Shown: positions 43,066 through 51,749 of the stretch, piece by piece | Layout of the letters: each line of letters starts with the position of its first letter | Position numbering within the stretch: the first letter of the stretch is position 1 | Source: an uncultured Nitrospiraceae bacterium | GTDB lineage: Bacteria > Nitrospirota > Nitrospiria > Nitrospirales > Nitrospiraceae | Direction: 5' to 3' | DNA length: 64,000 bases | NCBI GenBank assembly: GCA_963730935.1 | Contig: CAVSTP010000004.1 | Location: 1,344,001 to 1,408,000, forward strand | Notes under the pieces: generated by a model | Told to the model about the DNA's origin: nothing | Seen by the model: only the letters and a program-made list of their open reading frames with translations | Database searches by the model: none | Position numbers and translations under genes: made by a program

Positions 43066-43623
43066 CTAGGGAAAGAAGGAGCGTAGGCCGGGGAAGGATT
43101 TGTTGATGACGTCTTCGGTCGGACCCAAGAGCGTGAGGGCTGGATAGTACCGTTCGCTCCACAGTTTGCTCAGATAGACGGGAAGGAAATACAGTGCAAG
43201 CCCAAGCGAGAAGAACACCACGCTGGTCGCCAAATCCTCGGAAAAGAATTGCTTCCCGGCAATTCCACACAAGACACCGGCCGCGACCAGGATCTCCAAC
43301 ATCCAGACCAATTGCCTCAACGTCAGCTTCACCGGCAGACACAGCCGTCTCGAGAGATGAATCCTTTGCGGCGCCTGCGACAGCGGCATCAGTAAGCGAT
43401 GCCCCATGCAGTGGATCGTCCAGCTCATCCCGAAGCCGAGCAGGCTATTCAGCGCGATGAGGACCAGTGGATGGTTCGTCGCGATCGCCGCCGGTCCGAT
43501 CATGAACAGCATCGGCGGCCCATAGACGGTGCAAGCCAGAATCGCTTCGTACGTCAGCGAGCGAATGAAGTCGCGGCAGCCTTGGGTAACTGCGTCGGTG
43601 CGCGGCGTACTGTTGAATGCCAT
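43066..43623 (-). CDS. Hypothetical membrane protein
   Basis: About 4 TM segments. Confidence 0.65.
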   Translation of the reverse strand: MAFNSTPRTDAVTQGCRDFIRSLTYEAILACTVYGPPMLFMIGPAAIATNHPLVLIALNSLLGFGMSWTIHCMGHRLLMPLSQAPQRIHLSRRLCLPVKLTLRQLVWMLEILVAAGVLCGIAGKQFFSEDLATSVVFFSLGLALYFLPVYLSKLWSERYYPALTLLGPTEDVINKSFPGLRSFFP

Positions 43624-43821
43624 GGGATCGTCTGAGGATTCGTTCCGGTTAAAGTGGAGAAGAATGACCTAAGGCGGAGGGCATGAGCGGTGCAGCGACC
43701 TGTTCCTCTAATGCCAACGCCACTGCGGACGGTGGCTTTGTAATTGAAACGTGGAGTCTTGTCAAGGTGTGAACGATGATGATCGAATGACTTCGGCGAC
43801 TAGGATGTCGTGGATGACCGT

Positions 43822-44445
43822 TTAGTAATCAGGTACGAGGATGAAGCCTTCGGCGGCATCGCCGAACACTTTGAAGCTGCCAGCAAGGACATGCCGAGCG
43901 GCCAACGCGCAAAGCGCGGCATCGATCTCGTCGATGCTCGTCAGGGCGTCGGTAATCAGGGCAGCTTGGTCCAGCAACCGTCGGCGCTCTACCTGTTTGT
44001 TCTTCGCCGAGAGCATCTTGCTGGCCAAGCAGCACGCGATGGCCTGCGGGAATGTCTCGAAGCACAACGGCTCGAGCAACGGCGTCCGACCGTCATAGAG
44101 CCGGTAATGCGGCGCCAACAGTCGAAACAGTTCTGCGCCATTGACCATCCACCGATAGAACAGATGGACCTCTCCGACTACCTTGCTGGGAGTGGAGAAA
44201 CACGACATGCCAAGGCCGGCTAATTCCCGTTCGCACAACCTCGCTCGCCCGGTCTGACTCCATCGGCAGGGTGCATCAATGCCGACAGCTGACACGTGGA
44301 GCTCGCGGCACCACGCCACCACATGCCCAGGGGTGGAGGTGGCCAGTTTGGCCACAACTGTTTCTTCCCGCAGGGCGACTGCATGAAAGCCCTTCTTCGT
44401 GCCGCCGACATCGATGCCGGCGACCATGTGACTTGTCGCCTTCAT
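43822..44445 (-). CDS. DUF429-family predicted RNase H-fold nuclease
   Basis: GIDVG, GIDAP, R.CEREL, ETFP, DEIDAALCA; ATGA coupling. Confidence 0.85.
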   Translation of the reverse strand: MKATSHMVAGIDVGGTKKGFHAVALREETVVAKLATSTPGHVVAWCRELHVSAVGIDAPCRWSQTGRARLCERELAGLGMSCFSTPSKVVGEVHLFYRWMVNGAELFRLLAPHYRLYDGRTPLLEPLCFETFPQAIACCLASKMLSAKNKQVERRRLLDQAALITDALTSIDEIDAALCALAARHVLAGSFKVFGDAAEGFILVPDY

Positions 44446-45059
44446 GCCCTGTGTTTCCTGTGTCGACGATAGTGAGCAGCGACCTTGCTGCGGTTGCCGC
44501 AAAGATCCATGCTGCACCAGTGGCGCGCGTGATTCTTGGTCGTATCGTAGAAAAACAACACGCAAGCCGGGTTTTGGCATTTCTTGACCAACGAGAGGTC
44601 ACACGCGCACAAGAGATCGCTCGCGGCCTCGGCCAGCAGCCCCAGCACCTGGTTGGCGTCTTCGAACCCCGCCTCATACCTCCGCTCGAACGTGCTGCTC
44701 CGACGGGTGACCTGAGCATAGCCGACCCGATGACGTAGCAGTTGGTTGATGAGGTCAAGCGCGGCTTGTGGCACCGGCTTGTGAGCAGCAAGGCGTTCGG
44801 CCATATCCCTCATGGTTTTGCGAAACGCCTTCGCCAGATTCAGCGTCTCCAGCTCGTCGCGGCTCCCTTTACCTTCAATCCCCTTGGCGTCCTTCTCGGT
44901 CAGGAGCCCCGCCTGAACGAGCCAGGCGACCAAATCCTGAAACGACGATAGCAAATCGCTCGGCTGCCCGTTCATGACCAGGTCGGTATTGATGAAATCC
45001 AAACAGGCTTGGTTGGCGATGAAGAAAAACGGGGCTCGGTGTTGCACCGGTAAACTCAT
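44442..45059 (-). CDS. ABATE/CGNR zinc-finger putative transcription regulator
   Basis: LDFINT; C..PAC..FYDTTKNHARHWCSMDLCGNRSKVAAHY. Confidence 0.9.
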   Translation of the reverse strand: MSLPVQHRAPFFFIANQACLDFINTDLVMNGQPSDLLSSFQDLVAWLVQAGLLTEKDAKGIEGKGSRDELETLNLAKAFRKTMRDMAERLAAHKPVPQAALDLINQLLRHRVGYAQVTRRSSTFERRYEAGFEDANQVLGLLAEAASDLLCACDLSLVKKCQNPACVLFFYDTTKNHARHWCSMDLCGNRSKVAAHYRRHRKHRA

Positions 45060-45061
45060 AC

Positions 45062-45118
45062 TTGACAGGTTAGCCGATAGTTGATATAACCGTCAATATA
45101 CTAATTAGATGGTTATAT
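45062..45118. promoter_or_regulatory. Palindromic operator in the divergent promoter region
   Basis: ATATAACCGTC-N13-GATGGTTATAT plus a related half-site TTGACAGGTTA. Confidence 0.6.
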
Positions 45119-45187
45119 ACGACATGACTTCAACCCCCTTCACCAGGCTGCGGCCGGTGATTCCGGCAGCACAACAAGGAGCTCAGC

Positions 45188-46084
45188 ATGACCGTTCATG
45201 ACGCATCGATCCGCTACCAGAGGCACGCTGTAGATGGACTCAACATCTTTTACCGGGAAGCAGGTTCGCCCACCGCGCCTGCCGTCCTGTTGCTGCATGG
45301 CTTTCCCACGTCGTCGCACATGTTCCGCGACCTGATTCCCCTGCTGGCGCCGCATGTCCATGTTGTCGCTCCCGATCTTCCGGGATTCGGATTCTCGGAT
45401 GCGCCCAGCCGATCCGGCTTTGCCTACACCTTCGATCATCTGGCCGACGTAATCGAGCGCTTCACGGAAGCGATTGGCCTCACACGCTATGCGCTCTATA
45501 TCTTCGATTACGGCGCTCCAGTCGGTCTTCGCCTGGCCCTAAGGCATCCGGACCGCGTGACGGCGATAGTCTCTCAGAACGGGAATGCCTATGAGGAAGG
45601 TCTGAGCGCCGGATGGAATCCGATTCAACGGTACTGGGCCGACCCTACACTCGAGAACCGAAACGCATTGAAGACGTTTCTTTCGCCGGACTCGACCAAG
45701 TGGCAGTACACGAAGGGTGCTGACGAATCACGCATCGCACCAGAATCCTATGCGCTCGATAGCGCCCTGCTCGCACGCCCCGGCAACGAGGAGATCCAAC
45801 TGGATTTGTTTCTCGATTATGGAAACAATGTAAAGCTCTATCCCCGCTTTCAGCAGTATTTCCGGGATCGCCGGCCGCCGACGCTTCTTGTCTGGGGCAA
45901 CGGCGATCCCTTTTTCCTACAGGCTGGAGCGCACGCCTTCACAAGGGATAATCCCGACGCGCAAGTAACGTTCTTCGACACGGGCCATTTCGCGCTCGAA
46001 ACGCACAGTGCTGAAATCGGCGCCAGAATTGTGGAGTTTTTACATGCGTTGGAGCCGGCCGAAGTCGTCGCCCGGGTGCAGTGA
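45188..46084 (+). CDS. Alpha/beta hydrolase (epoxide hydrolase/dehalogenase-like)
   Basis: LLHGFP, PDLPGFGFS, FDYGAP nucleophile elbow, GHFALE. Confidence 0.9.
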   Translation: MTVHDASIRYQRHAVDGLNIFYREAGSPTAPAVLLLHGFPTSSHMFRDLIPLLAPHVHVVAPDLPGFGFSDAPSRSGFAYTFDHLADVIERFTEAIGLTRYALYIFDYGAPVGLRLALRHPDRVTAIVSQNGNAYEEGLSAGWNPIQRYWADPTLENRNALKTFLSPDSTKWQYTKGADESRIAPESYALDSALLARPGNEEIQLDLFLDYGNNVKLYPRFQQYFRDRRPPTLLVWGNGDPFFLQAGAHAFTRDNPDAQVTFFDTGHFALETHSAEIGARIVEFLHALEPAEVVARVQ

Positions 46085-46102
46085 GGGAGGATTCAAGCGC
46101 AC

Positions 46103-46660
46103 ATGATGAAACTTCTCTCCATTCAAGTGGGTCGTCCGCGCAAGGTGAACTGGCGACGAAGAACAGTAACTACCGGCATCTTCAAAGATCCGGTGGAAGG
46201 CCGCATCATGCTGCGCCGCTCCAATCTGGAGGGCGACGAGCAAGCTGACCTCAGAGTGCATGGTGGATGGGACAAGGCCGTCTATGTGTACCCATCAGAG
46301 CATTATGCATTCTGGCGCACGGAACTCCCTGGTATGCCCTTGCCATACGGCATGTTCGGTGAAAATTTCACGACGGAAGGGTTAGACGAAACCTCCGTCC
46401 GAATCGGCGACCGATTCCGCATCGGCAGCACAGTAGTCGAGGTCACGCAGCCCCGCGTGCCGTGCTACAAACTCGGCGTGCGTTTTGGGCGCCCCGACAT
46501 GCCTCAACGCTTTCATGCGAGCGGCCGGTGCGGCTTTTATCTGGCGGCGCTGGAGGAAGGCGACGTCGGCGCAGGAGATGTCTGGGAACGCATCGGCGGA
46601 GATCCGAACGCGATGTCCGTGCTCGAGAGCTACGGTACTTATTTTCGGGAAGGCGGGTGA
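46103..46660 (+). CDS. MOSC-domain protein (YiiM-like)
   Basis: GDEQAD..VHGG.DKAV, FGENF, QPRVPCYKL. Confidence 0.9.
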   Translation: MMKLLSIQVGRPRKVNWRRRTVTTGIFKDPVEGRIMLRRSNLEGDEQADLRVHGGWDKAVYVYPSEHYAFWRTELPGMPLPYGMFGENFTTEGLDETSVRIGDRFRIGSTVVEVTQPRVPCYKLGVRFGRPDMPQRFHASGRCGFYLAALEEGDVGAGDVWERIGGDPNAMSVLESYGTYFREGG

Positions 46661-47652
46661 GCGTCGTCTCGAGCACCCGGCGGCGAATAGACTTCATTCA
46701 GATTGCTGAAGCTCCCGCCCGGAGTCGGTCCGCCGCTGATCACGTGAACGCGCCCATCGATCACCGCCGATCCAAGGCCGTGACGCGCGGTGAGCATCGG
46801 CGCCATGGCCAGCCAGGCGCCTCGCGCTGGATCGTAGGCTTCGTTTTCGCGGAATGTTCCGTCCGCGCCCTCTCCGCCGAACACGTACACGCGACCGCCG
46901 GCTTCCGCAGCAGTGATACCGCTGCGGGCGGTCGGCAGATCTGGCGCCTTACTCCACTTGTCCGAGAGAGGATCGTAAACCTCGGTAACTGAGAGGTTGC
47001 GATGATAGTCCCCTTTGAGCCTTCCGCCGATGGCGTACAATTTTCCGGCCGCCGTCGTCGTCGCCAGATGATCGCGCGGGGTCGGCAGTGGAGCGCGAGC
47101 GCTCCAACTGTTCCGGACCGGATCATAGGCTTCGACCGCCGCGCTATTCGCCCTGCCTTCGTAGCCGCCGATCGCATACAGCTTCCCATCGTACACGGTG
47201 ACGGACAACGCGCCGCGAGCGGTCAGCATCGGCGCGCGTTCGCTCCAGGCGTCGGTCGCCGGATCATACGTATAGACTGTGGCAACGGGCCCCCAGACGC
47301 TCAATCCCGATTGTTTGTAGCCGCCGATGATGTACAGGCGTCCACCGACCACGCCAATGCCTACGTGGTGCAGACCGACCGGCATGGAAGCTTTGGTGGA
47401 CCAGCGGTCCACGGCGGGATCGTATTCTTCGACCGCCGGAGTGATCGCAAAATTCAGCACATTGCCCAAACTCGGCTGTTCGAAGCCGCCCACGACATAG
47501 ATCTTGTCTCCAACCGTAGCGGCCGCGACTTCCGTCCGCTTCATCGGCGCCGGCGCGGCGGTGCGCCAGACGCCGCCATCCTGTTGTAACTGCTCCGCGA
47601 AGACAGGCAGTACCGTTAACACCAGACACGCAAGCATGACACGATATCTCAT
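46639..47652 (-). CDS. Exported Kelch-repeat protein
   Basis: Six GG...YDP..W repeats; signal peptide. Confidence 0.9.
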   Translation of the reverse strand: MRYRVMLACLVLTVLPVFAEQLQQDGGVWRTAAPAPMKRTEVAAATVGDKIYVVGGFEQPSLGNVLNFAITPAVEEYDPAVDRWSTKASMPVGLHHVGIGVVGGRLYIIGGYKQSGLSVWGPVATVYTYDPATDAWSERAPMLTARGALSVTVYDGKLYAIGGYEGRANSAAVEAYDPVRNSWSARAPLPTPRDHLATTTAAGKLYAIGGRLKGDYHRNLSVTEVYDPLSDKWSKAPDLPTARSGITAAEAGGRVYVFGGEGADGTFRENEAYDPARGAWLAMAPMLTARHGLGSAVIDGRVHVISGGPTPGGSFSNLNEVYSPPGARDDAHPPSRK

Positions 47653-48728
47653 AGTGTTCCCTTTGCCGGCTCCTCGGTCTCTTCCCACAACCAGGCCTCA
47701 AACAGCATGTAACTGACCCCCAGGACGACCGGGCCGACGAAAATTCCCACGACACCGAACGAAATCAGGCCGCCGATGACGCCGGCGACGACGAGCAGAA
47801 GCGGAAGTTGCGCGCCCTTTTGGATCAGTATCGGACGTATCACATTGTCGATTGTGCCGACGAAGATCGTCCAGACCAAGAGCGCGGTCGCCCAGCCACT
47901 GCTTCCCTGCCAATAGAGCCACGCCACGGCGAGCACGAGCACCGGCACCACGCCAACCTGCACCACCCCGCACAGGAACATCAACGCCGTGAGCAACACG
48001 GCAAACGGCACGCCCGCAACGGCAAGTCCGATCCCTGCAAGGACGGCTTGCCCAAGGGCCACGAGCACGATGCCGAGCGCAACGCCGCGGATCGCCTGTC
48101 CGGCAAGGTGCACCGCCCGCTCCCCGCGCGCACCGGCCAGCCGTCGCCCAAACCGGCACAAGTCCGTCACTGCCACGTCTCCTCGAGCAAACAACACGGC
48201 TGCAATCAATAGCGTCAGGAGAAACTGCCCTGTCATGGCGCCGAGACTCCCCAGCTGTTCGAGCAGCCAGCCCCCGGTGACCCGGGCATAGGGAGCCGCA
48301 TAGCGGGCCAGTTCTTCTGGACCGGACGAGGCGAACCCGCGCCAGGCCGAGGCGATCTTTGGGCCAAGAAATGGAACGCTTTCCACCCACCCCGGCAGCG
48401 CAGGCAACGTGAGCGATTTGAGCGATTGCGCCCAATCCACGATCTCATCGAGATGGGCGACGAGCGTCCCCACCGCCAGGGAAAACGGCACCGCAAAGAC
48501 GAGCACCAGCGCCACCGTCATGACGGTGACGGCCAACGCCCGGCGCCCCCGGAGCAGGGCTTCGACCTGCAGCATCAGGGGCCACGCCGCGACCACGATC
48601 ATGGTCGCCCATAGCACGGCGGGAAGGAACGGCCGCAGGATCCAGAACGAGGCGGCGATGAGGCCGACCATGAAGAGCACGGACAGACTCGACCGTGCCA
48701 GGTCCTGCGGTGTGGTCGGCGCACGCAT
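47649..48728 (-). CDS. AI-2E-family transporter (YdiK-like)
   Basis: Multi-TM; DNVIRPILI, GVIGGL..FG..GIFVGPV. Confidence 0.9.
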   Translation of the reverse strand: MRAPTTPQDLARSSLSVLFMVGLIAASFWILRPFLPAVLWATMIVVAAWPLMLQVEALLRGRRALAVTVMTVALVLVFAVPFSLAVGTLVAHLDEIVDWAQSLKSLTLPALPGWVESVPFLGPKIASAWRGFASSGPEELARYAAPYARVTGGWLLEQLGSLGAMTGQFLLTLLIAAVLFARGDVAVTDLCRFGRRLAGARGERAVHLAGQAIRGVALGIVLVALGQAVLAGIGLAVAGVPFAVLLTALMFLCGVVQVGVVPVLVLAVAWLYWQGSSGWATALLVWTIFVGTIDNVIRPILIQKGAQLPLLLVVAGVIGGLISFGVVGIFVGPVVLGVSYMLFEAWLWEETEEPAKGTL

Positions 48729-48740
48729 CGACCCGCTCCT

Positions 48741-48890
48741 TTACGGCTCTTCTTCTTCGACCTGTTCGATCGAGTGCTTGATCGCCGCCACAAACGCCGG
48801 CGGATCACTCAAATCGCGCTCGGTCACCTGGAATTCGGACACCAACACGCCGTCGCGATCGACGAGGATCAAGCGATATCCGGGTTTCAC
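48741..48890 (-). CDS. 49-aa microprotein (below the ORF-track cutoff)
   Basis: GTG start, (M)KPGYRLILVDRDGVLVSEFQVTERDLSDPPAFVAAIKHSIEQVEEEEP; stop is followed by the AGGAG RBS of the next gene. Confidence 0.6.
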   Translation of the reverse strand: MKPGYRLILVDRDGVLVSEFQVTERDLSDPPAFVAAIKHSIEQVEEEEP

Positions 48891-49038
48891 GGCACGAGCC
48901 TACACTAATCTGCTAAGACAAAACACCTATCATCGGGGCGCTGGGGCGGTGAAGGGACACAGGGGGAGGTCAAACGCACGCCGCCGTTCGGCGTTCAAAT
49001 CGGCCAATACTATTCAGAGCCCTGTGCTGTGTTGCGTG

Positions 49039-49269
49039 CTATGCCGCGTTATATGGTTTATCGGATTCCGGCCGACGGCCATGGAACATGAAGGTGATGC
49101 CATCAGACTTGAGATCCTGGAGATGGCCGGCCTCGGTATCAAGGATATGCAGTTGTTCTCGAAGCGCGACCAAGTCCAAATCGGAGAGCTCCTCACCGCG
49201 GCTCCGGAGTTTCCGGTAGAGATTCTTACTGTCGGAAATGAATTGTTTGACCAGGTGCTGCATATCCAT
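49039..49269 (-). CDS. Small helical protein (76 aa) ending NAA
   Basis: GGAGG RBS before ATG 49269. Confidence 0.6.
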   Translation of the reverse strand: MDMQHLVKQFISDSKNLYRKLRSRGEELSDLDLVALREQLHILDTEAGHLQDLKSDGITFMFHGRRPESDKPYNAA

Positions 49270-49444
49270 AACAAGTCCTCCCTCTCCTCTCGTGGAAATC
49301 GGATGAGCGACCAAACTGGTTCTACTATGTGCTGCTTTCGACATGAGACGACCTGGTGAAAACCCTGGTTGGAAGGCTGGGATATGGCCCTGGCTGTGAC
49401 GACAGTGCTCGCCCAACGCGCACCACCGGAAAGGGAGATCGAAA

Positions 49445-49630
49445 GCGGATGGTCGTTCCTGCTCAAGCGAGGGGAAACCGCGTGGCCCAGTTGCTGGCTT
49501 GGCTGCGCAACTTGGTCCGTCCTGGACTCGTCCGAACGGACCTTCGAAACAGTGCGTCTCGCCATAGCCAAAGGCGACCGCAGTGCCAGGGCCCTGCACC
49601 CCTCGCAAGTCGCAGGTCACGACGATCCGC
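49445..49630 (+). repeat. Structured intergenic repeat, copy B (short form)
   Basis: GCGGATGGTCGT/ACGACGATCCGC closing stem; shared core. Confidence 0.85.
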
Positions 49631-49650
49631 CTTATGCGGGGCATGGAAAC

Positions 49651-49825
49651 GAGGAGGGGCGGTGCTTTTGCGCAGAGGGTGCGTCCCGGGTAATCGATTG
49701 CGAAGCAATCGGTGGGTCGGTGGGGGAAAATGGACCGCCGAGGGCGGGAGGGTGAGAAGATCGGGCGCAGTTGGAGGCCAATCAGCCCCCACCCTTAAAA
49801 GAATACGAGCGAGCTTGGAAGGACC
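49651..49825 (+). repeat. Repeat piece B' (internal module plus 3' tail)
   Basis: GCGTCCCGGGTA..CGATTGC-GAA-GCAATCGGTGGGTCGGTGGG and CGAGCGAGCTTGGAAGGACC shared with copies C/D. Confidence 0.8.
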
Positions 49826-49913
49826 AGGAGGGCCATGCTTGTTACGGCCTGGGAAGAGGCCTACAATTTGGCGCAAACACTTCGTTGTACACATCTCACC
49901 CAGGAGGGCCGCT

Positions 49914-50222
49914 ATGCAGACCTACGTCAGTCTCGTGAAGTTCACGCAGCATGGTCTCCAAACCATGAAGGATAAAGGCATCGAGAGAGCTGAAATGGTG
50001 AAGCAGAACGCCAAGTCGCTCGGCGGTAAGCTCGTTCAGGCCTACTACTGCCTCGGCGAATACGACGTCGTGGCTATCTGGGAATTCCCCGACAACAAGA
50101 CCGCCATGAAAGCCGCCGTACTCAACGCCTCGCTCGGGCACATTCAGATCACCACCCTACCCGCGGTCAACCGCGAGGAATGGAAAGGGTTGTTGCAGCA
50201 GTCACTCGGCAAAAAGAGGTAG
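49914..50222 (+). CDS. GYD-domain protein
   Basis: YVSLVKFTQHG, GGKL..YYCLGEYDVV, GHIQITTLPA; AGGAGG RBS. Confidence 0.9.
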   Translation: MQTYVSLVKFTQHGLQTMKDKGIERAEMVKQNAKSLGGKLVQAYYCLGEYDVVAIWEFPDNKTAMKAAVLNASLGHIQITTLPAVNREEWKGLLQQSLGKKR

Positions 50223-50226
50223 GACA

Positions 50227-50508
50227 TGACGTCCGTATCCCTCCCCTGTTCCAGCGCGGGTGAAACTGAATGGTCCTGTCGTCGTTTGGCTCCGCAGCCT
50301 GCTCCGTCCTGGACTTCGTCCGAACGGACCTTCGAACAATGCTCGCCATCGCCGCCTGGGAAAAGGGCGCGTCCCGGGTAAACGATTGCCAAGCAATCGG
50401 TGGGTCGGTGGGTGAAAGGATTGCCCAGGGTGGGGAGAGTGAGAATGCGACCACACCGACAGGATCATGCATCCCTCGCAAGTCTCAGCGAGGAGCATAT
50501 CGACGTCA
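50227..50508 (+). repeat. Structured intergenic repeat, copy C (long form)
   Basis: TGACGTC.../...GACGTCA closing stem; long near-identical stretches with copy D. Confidence 0.9.
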
Positions 50509-50564
50509 CTGATATGCTCTCAACGCACTCTGAAGGAAGACGCAGACGCCATGTAGAGGGGGAA

Positions 50565-51245
50565 GTGAAGAGGAGACTTAACTGGATCTTCTTCGCAGGT
50601 CTTGCACTGTCGACGCTTGTCCTGCTGTGGGGTGGCCCAGCGCCGGCGCAGGAGGGGCATCAGCATGAGCGGATGCCCAACGTCTTGGAGTACCTCGATC
50701 GCCTCGATCGTCCCGAGCGCGATCAGGACCAGAAACCGGCGCAGGTCATCGAGGCCTTGGCACTCAAACCGGGCATGTACGTCGCCGACCTTGGCGCCGG
50801 TTCCGGATACTTTACCCGGCGGTTCGTGGAAGCGGTCGGCGACACGGGCAAAGTGTACGTGATCGACATCGAACCCGAGGCGTTGAAATATGTAGAAGAG
50901 AGCCTCATCCACATGCACCGGTCATTTGAGGCGGAATTCATCCTGGCCAGGCCGGACAACCCCAAGATTCCATTCGAATCGGTCGAACTGATCTTCGTCT
51001 GCGATACTTACCACCACCTCGCAGACCGCACGGACTATTTTCGCAACGTCAAATCATCCCTCAAGCCTGGCGGCCACATCGCGATCATCGATTTCTATCA
51101 CGATGAGCGTTCAGGCGAGTTGGGCTTTCCAAAGCGGCATCTGGTGCCAAGGGAGAAGGTCATAGAGGAAATGACGGAGGCCGGCTATCGGCTGGCGAAG
51201 GAGCACACCTTCCTGCCCAAACAATATTTCCTAGAATTCGAATAA
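50565..51245 (+). CDS. Class I SAM-dependent methyltransferase with signal peptide
   Basis: VADLGAGSGYF, YHH, LKPGG; N-terminal APA-Q signal. Confidence 0.85.
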   Translation: MKRRLNWIFFAGLALSTLVLLWGGPAPAQEGHQHERMPNVLEYLDRLDRPERDQDQKPAQVIEALALKPGMYVADLGAGSGYFTRRFVEAVGDTGKVYVIDIEPEALKYVEESLIHMHRSFEAEFILARPDNPKIPFESVELIFVCDTYHHLADRTDYFRNVKSSLKPGGHIAIIDFYHDERSGELGFPKRHLVPREKVIEEMTEAGYRLAKEHTFLPKQYFLEFE

Positions 51246-51285
51246 GGGTAGCCTGACTGATAATGGACTATGGCTTCGGGGCTCC

Positions 51286-51338
51286 GGCCACCATCCGCCT
51301 TCTGCTGAGGAGGAAAAACGAGCAATCTCGGAACGACC
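51286..51338 (+). repeat. Degenerate 3' remnant (G) of the repeat family
   Basis: GGCCACCATCCGCC then ACGAGCAATCTCGGAACGACC, resembling the end and tail of copy D. Confidence 0.5.
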
Positions 51339-51341
51339 ACT

Positions 51342-51749
51342 TTATTGTGCGGAGGGGGCCACTTTGCTCAGGATCGATCTCACCTTGAGCATGCCTGAGT
51401 CACTGGAGGTCCGTTGGAAGTGTGCCTCGACGGTGACGACATCACGGTCGCGAAGCGAGTTCCTTGCCCCGGAACAGTTGGCTTTGTATACAGCATCGAT
51501 AGAGCCCGTTTCATCCTCCAGAGTGAACAACTGAAAACACTTGTTCATCCCACGTCGGATCTTGTGGTTGTACACGGTTCCCGTGACACGCACGACCTGA
51601 GACTGATAGGAGTCAGGATTCTCGAGCAATGAGGCAACATCCGAAACGGTGCCGGCCCATGTAAGCGGAGCGACGAGGCTGAGAGCCAGGACCATGACGA
51701 TGGATGATCGAAAATACACCCTCATACTGAAAATATAGCACCTGTTCAT
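51342..51749 (-). CDS. Exported OB-fold protein
   Basis: P.SYQSQVVRVTGTV, FTLEDETG; resembles 33112..33537. Confidence 0.7.
   Translation of the reverse strand: MNRCYIFSMRVYFRSSIVMVLALSLVAPLTWAGTVSDVASLLENPDSYQSQVVRVTGTVYNHKIRRGMNKCFQLFTLEDETGSIDAVYKANCSGARNSLRDRDVVTVEAHFQRTSSDSGMLKVRSILSKVAPSAQ

Noticed and set aside
46103..46660. MOSC gene as a pseudogene (short C-terminus, 22-nt overlap with the Kelch gene)
   Set aside because: The MOSC core and catalytic Cys are intact and I saw no frameshifted continuation
49445..50508. Repeats as integron attC sites, CRISPR or group II intron remnants
   Set aside because: No RYYYAAC/GTTRRRY ends, no regular repeat-spacer period, no GTGYG start or domain V consensus, and no integrase, cas or RT gene in the window
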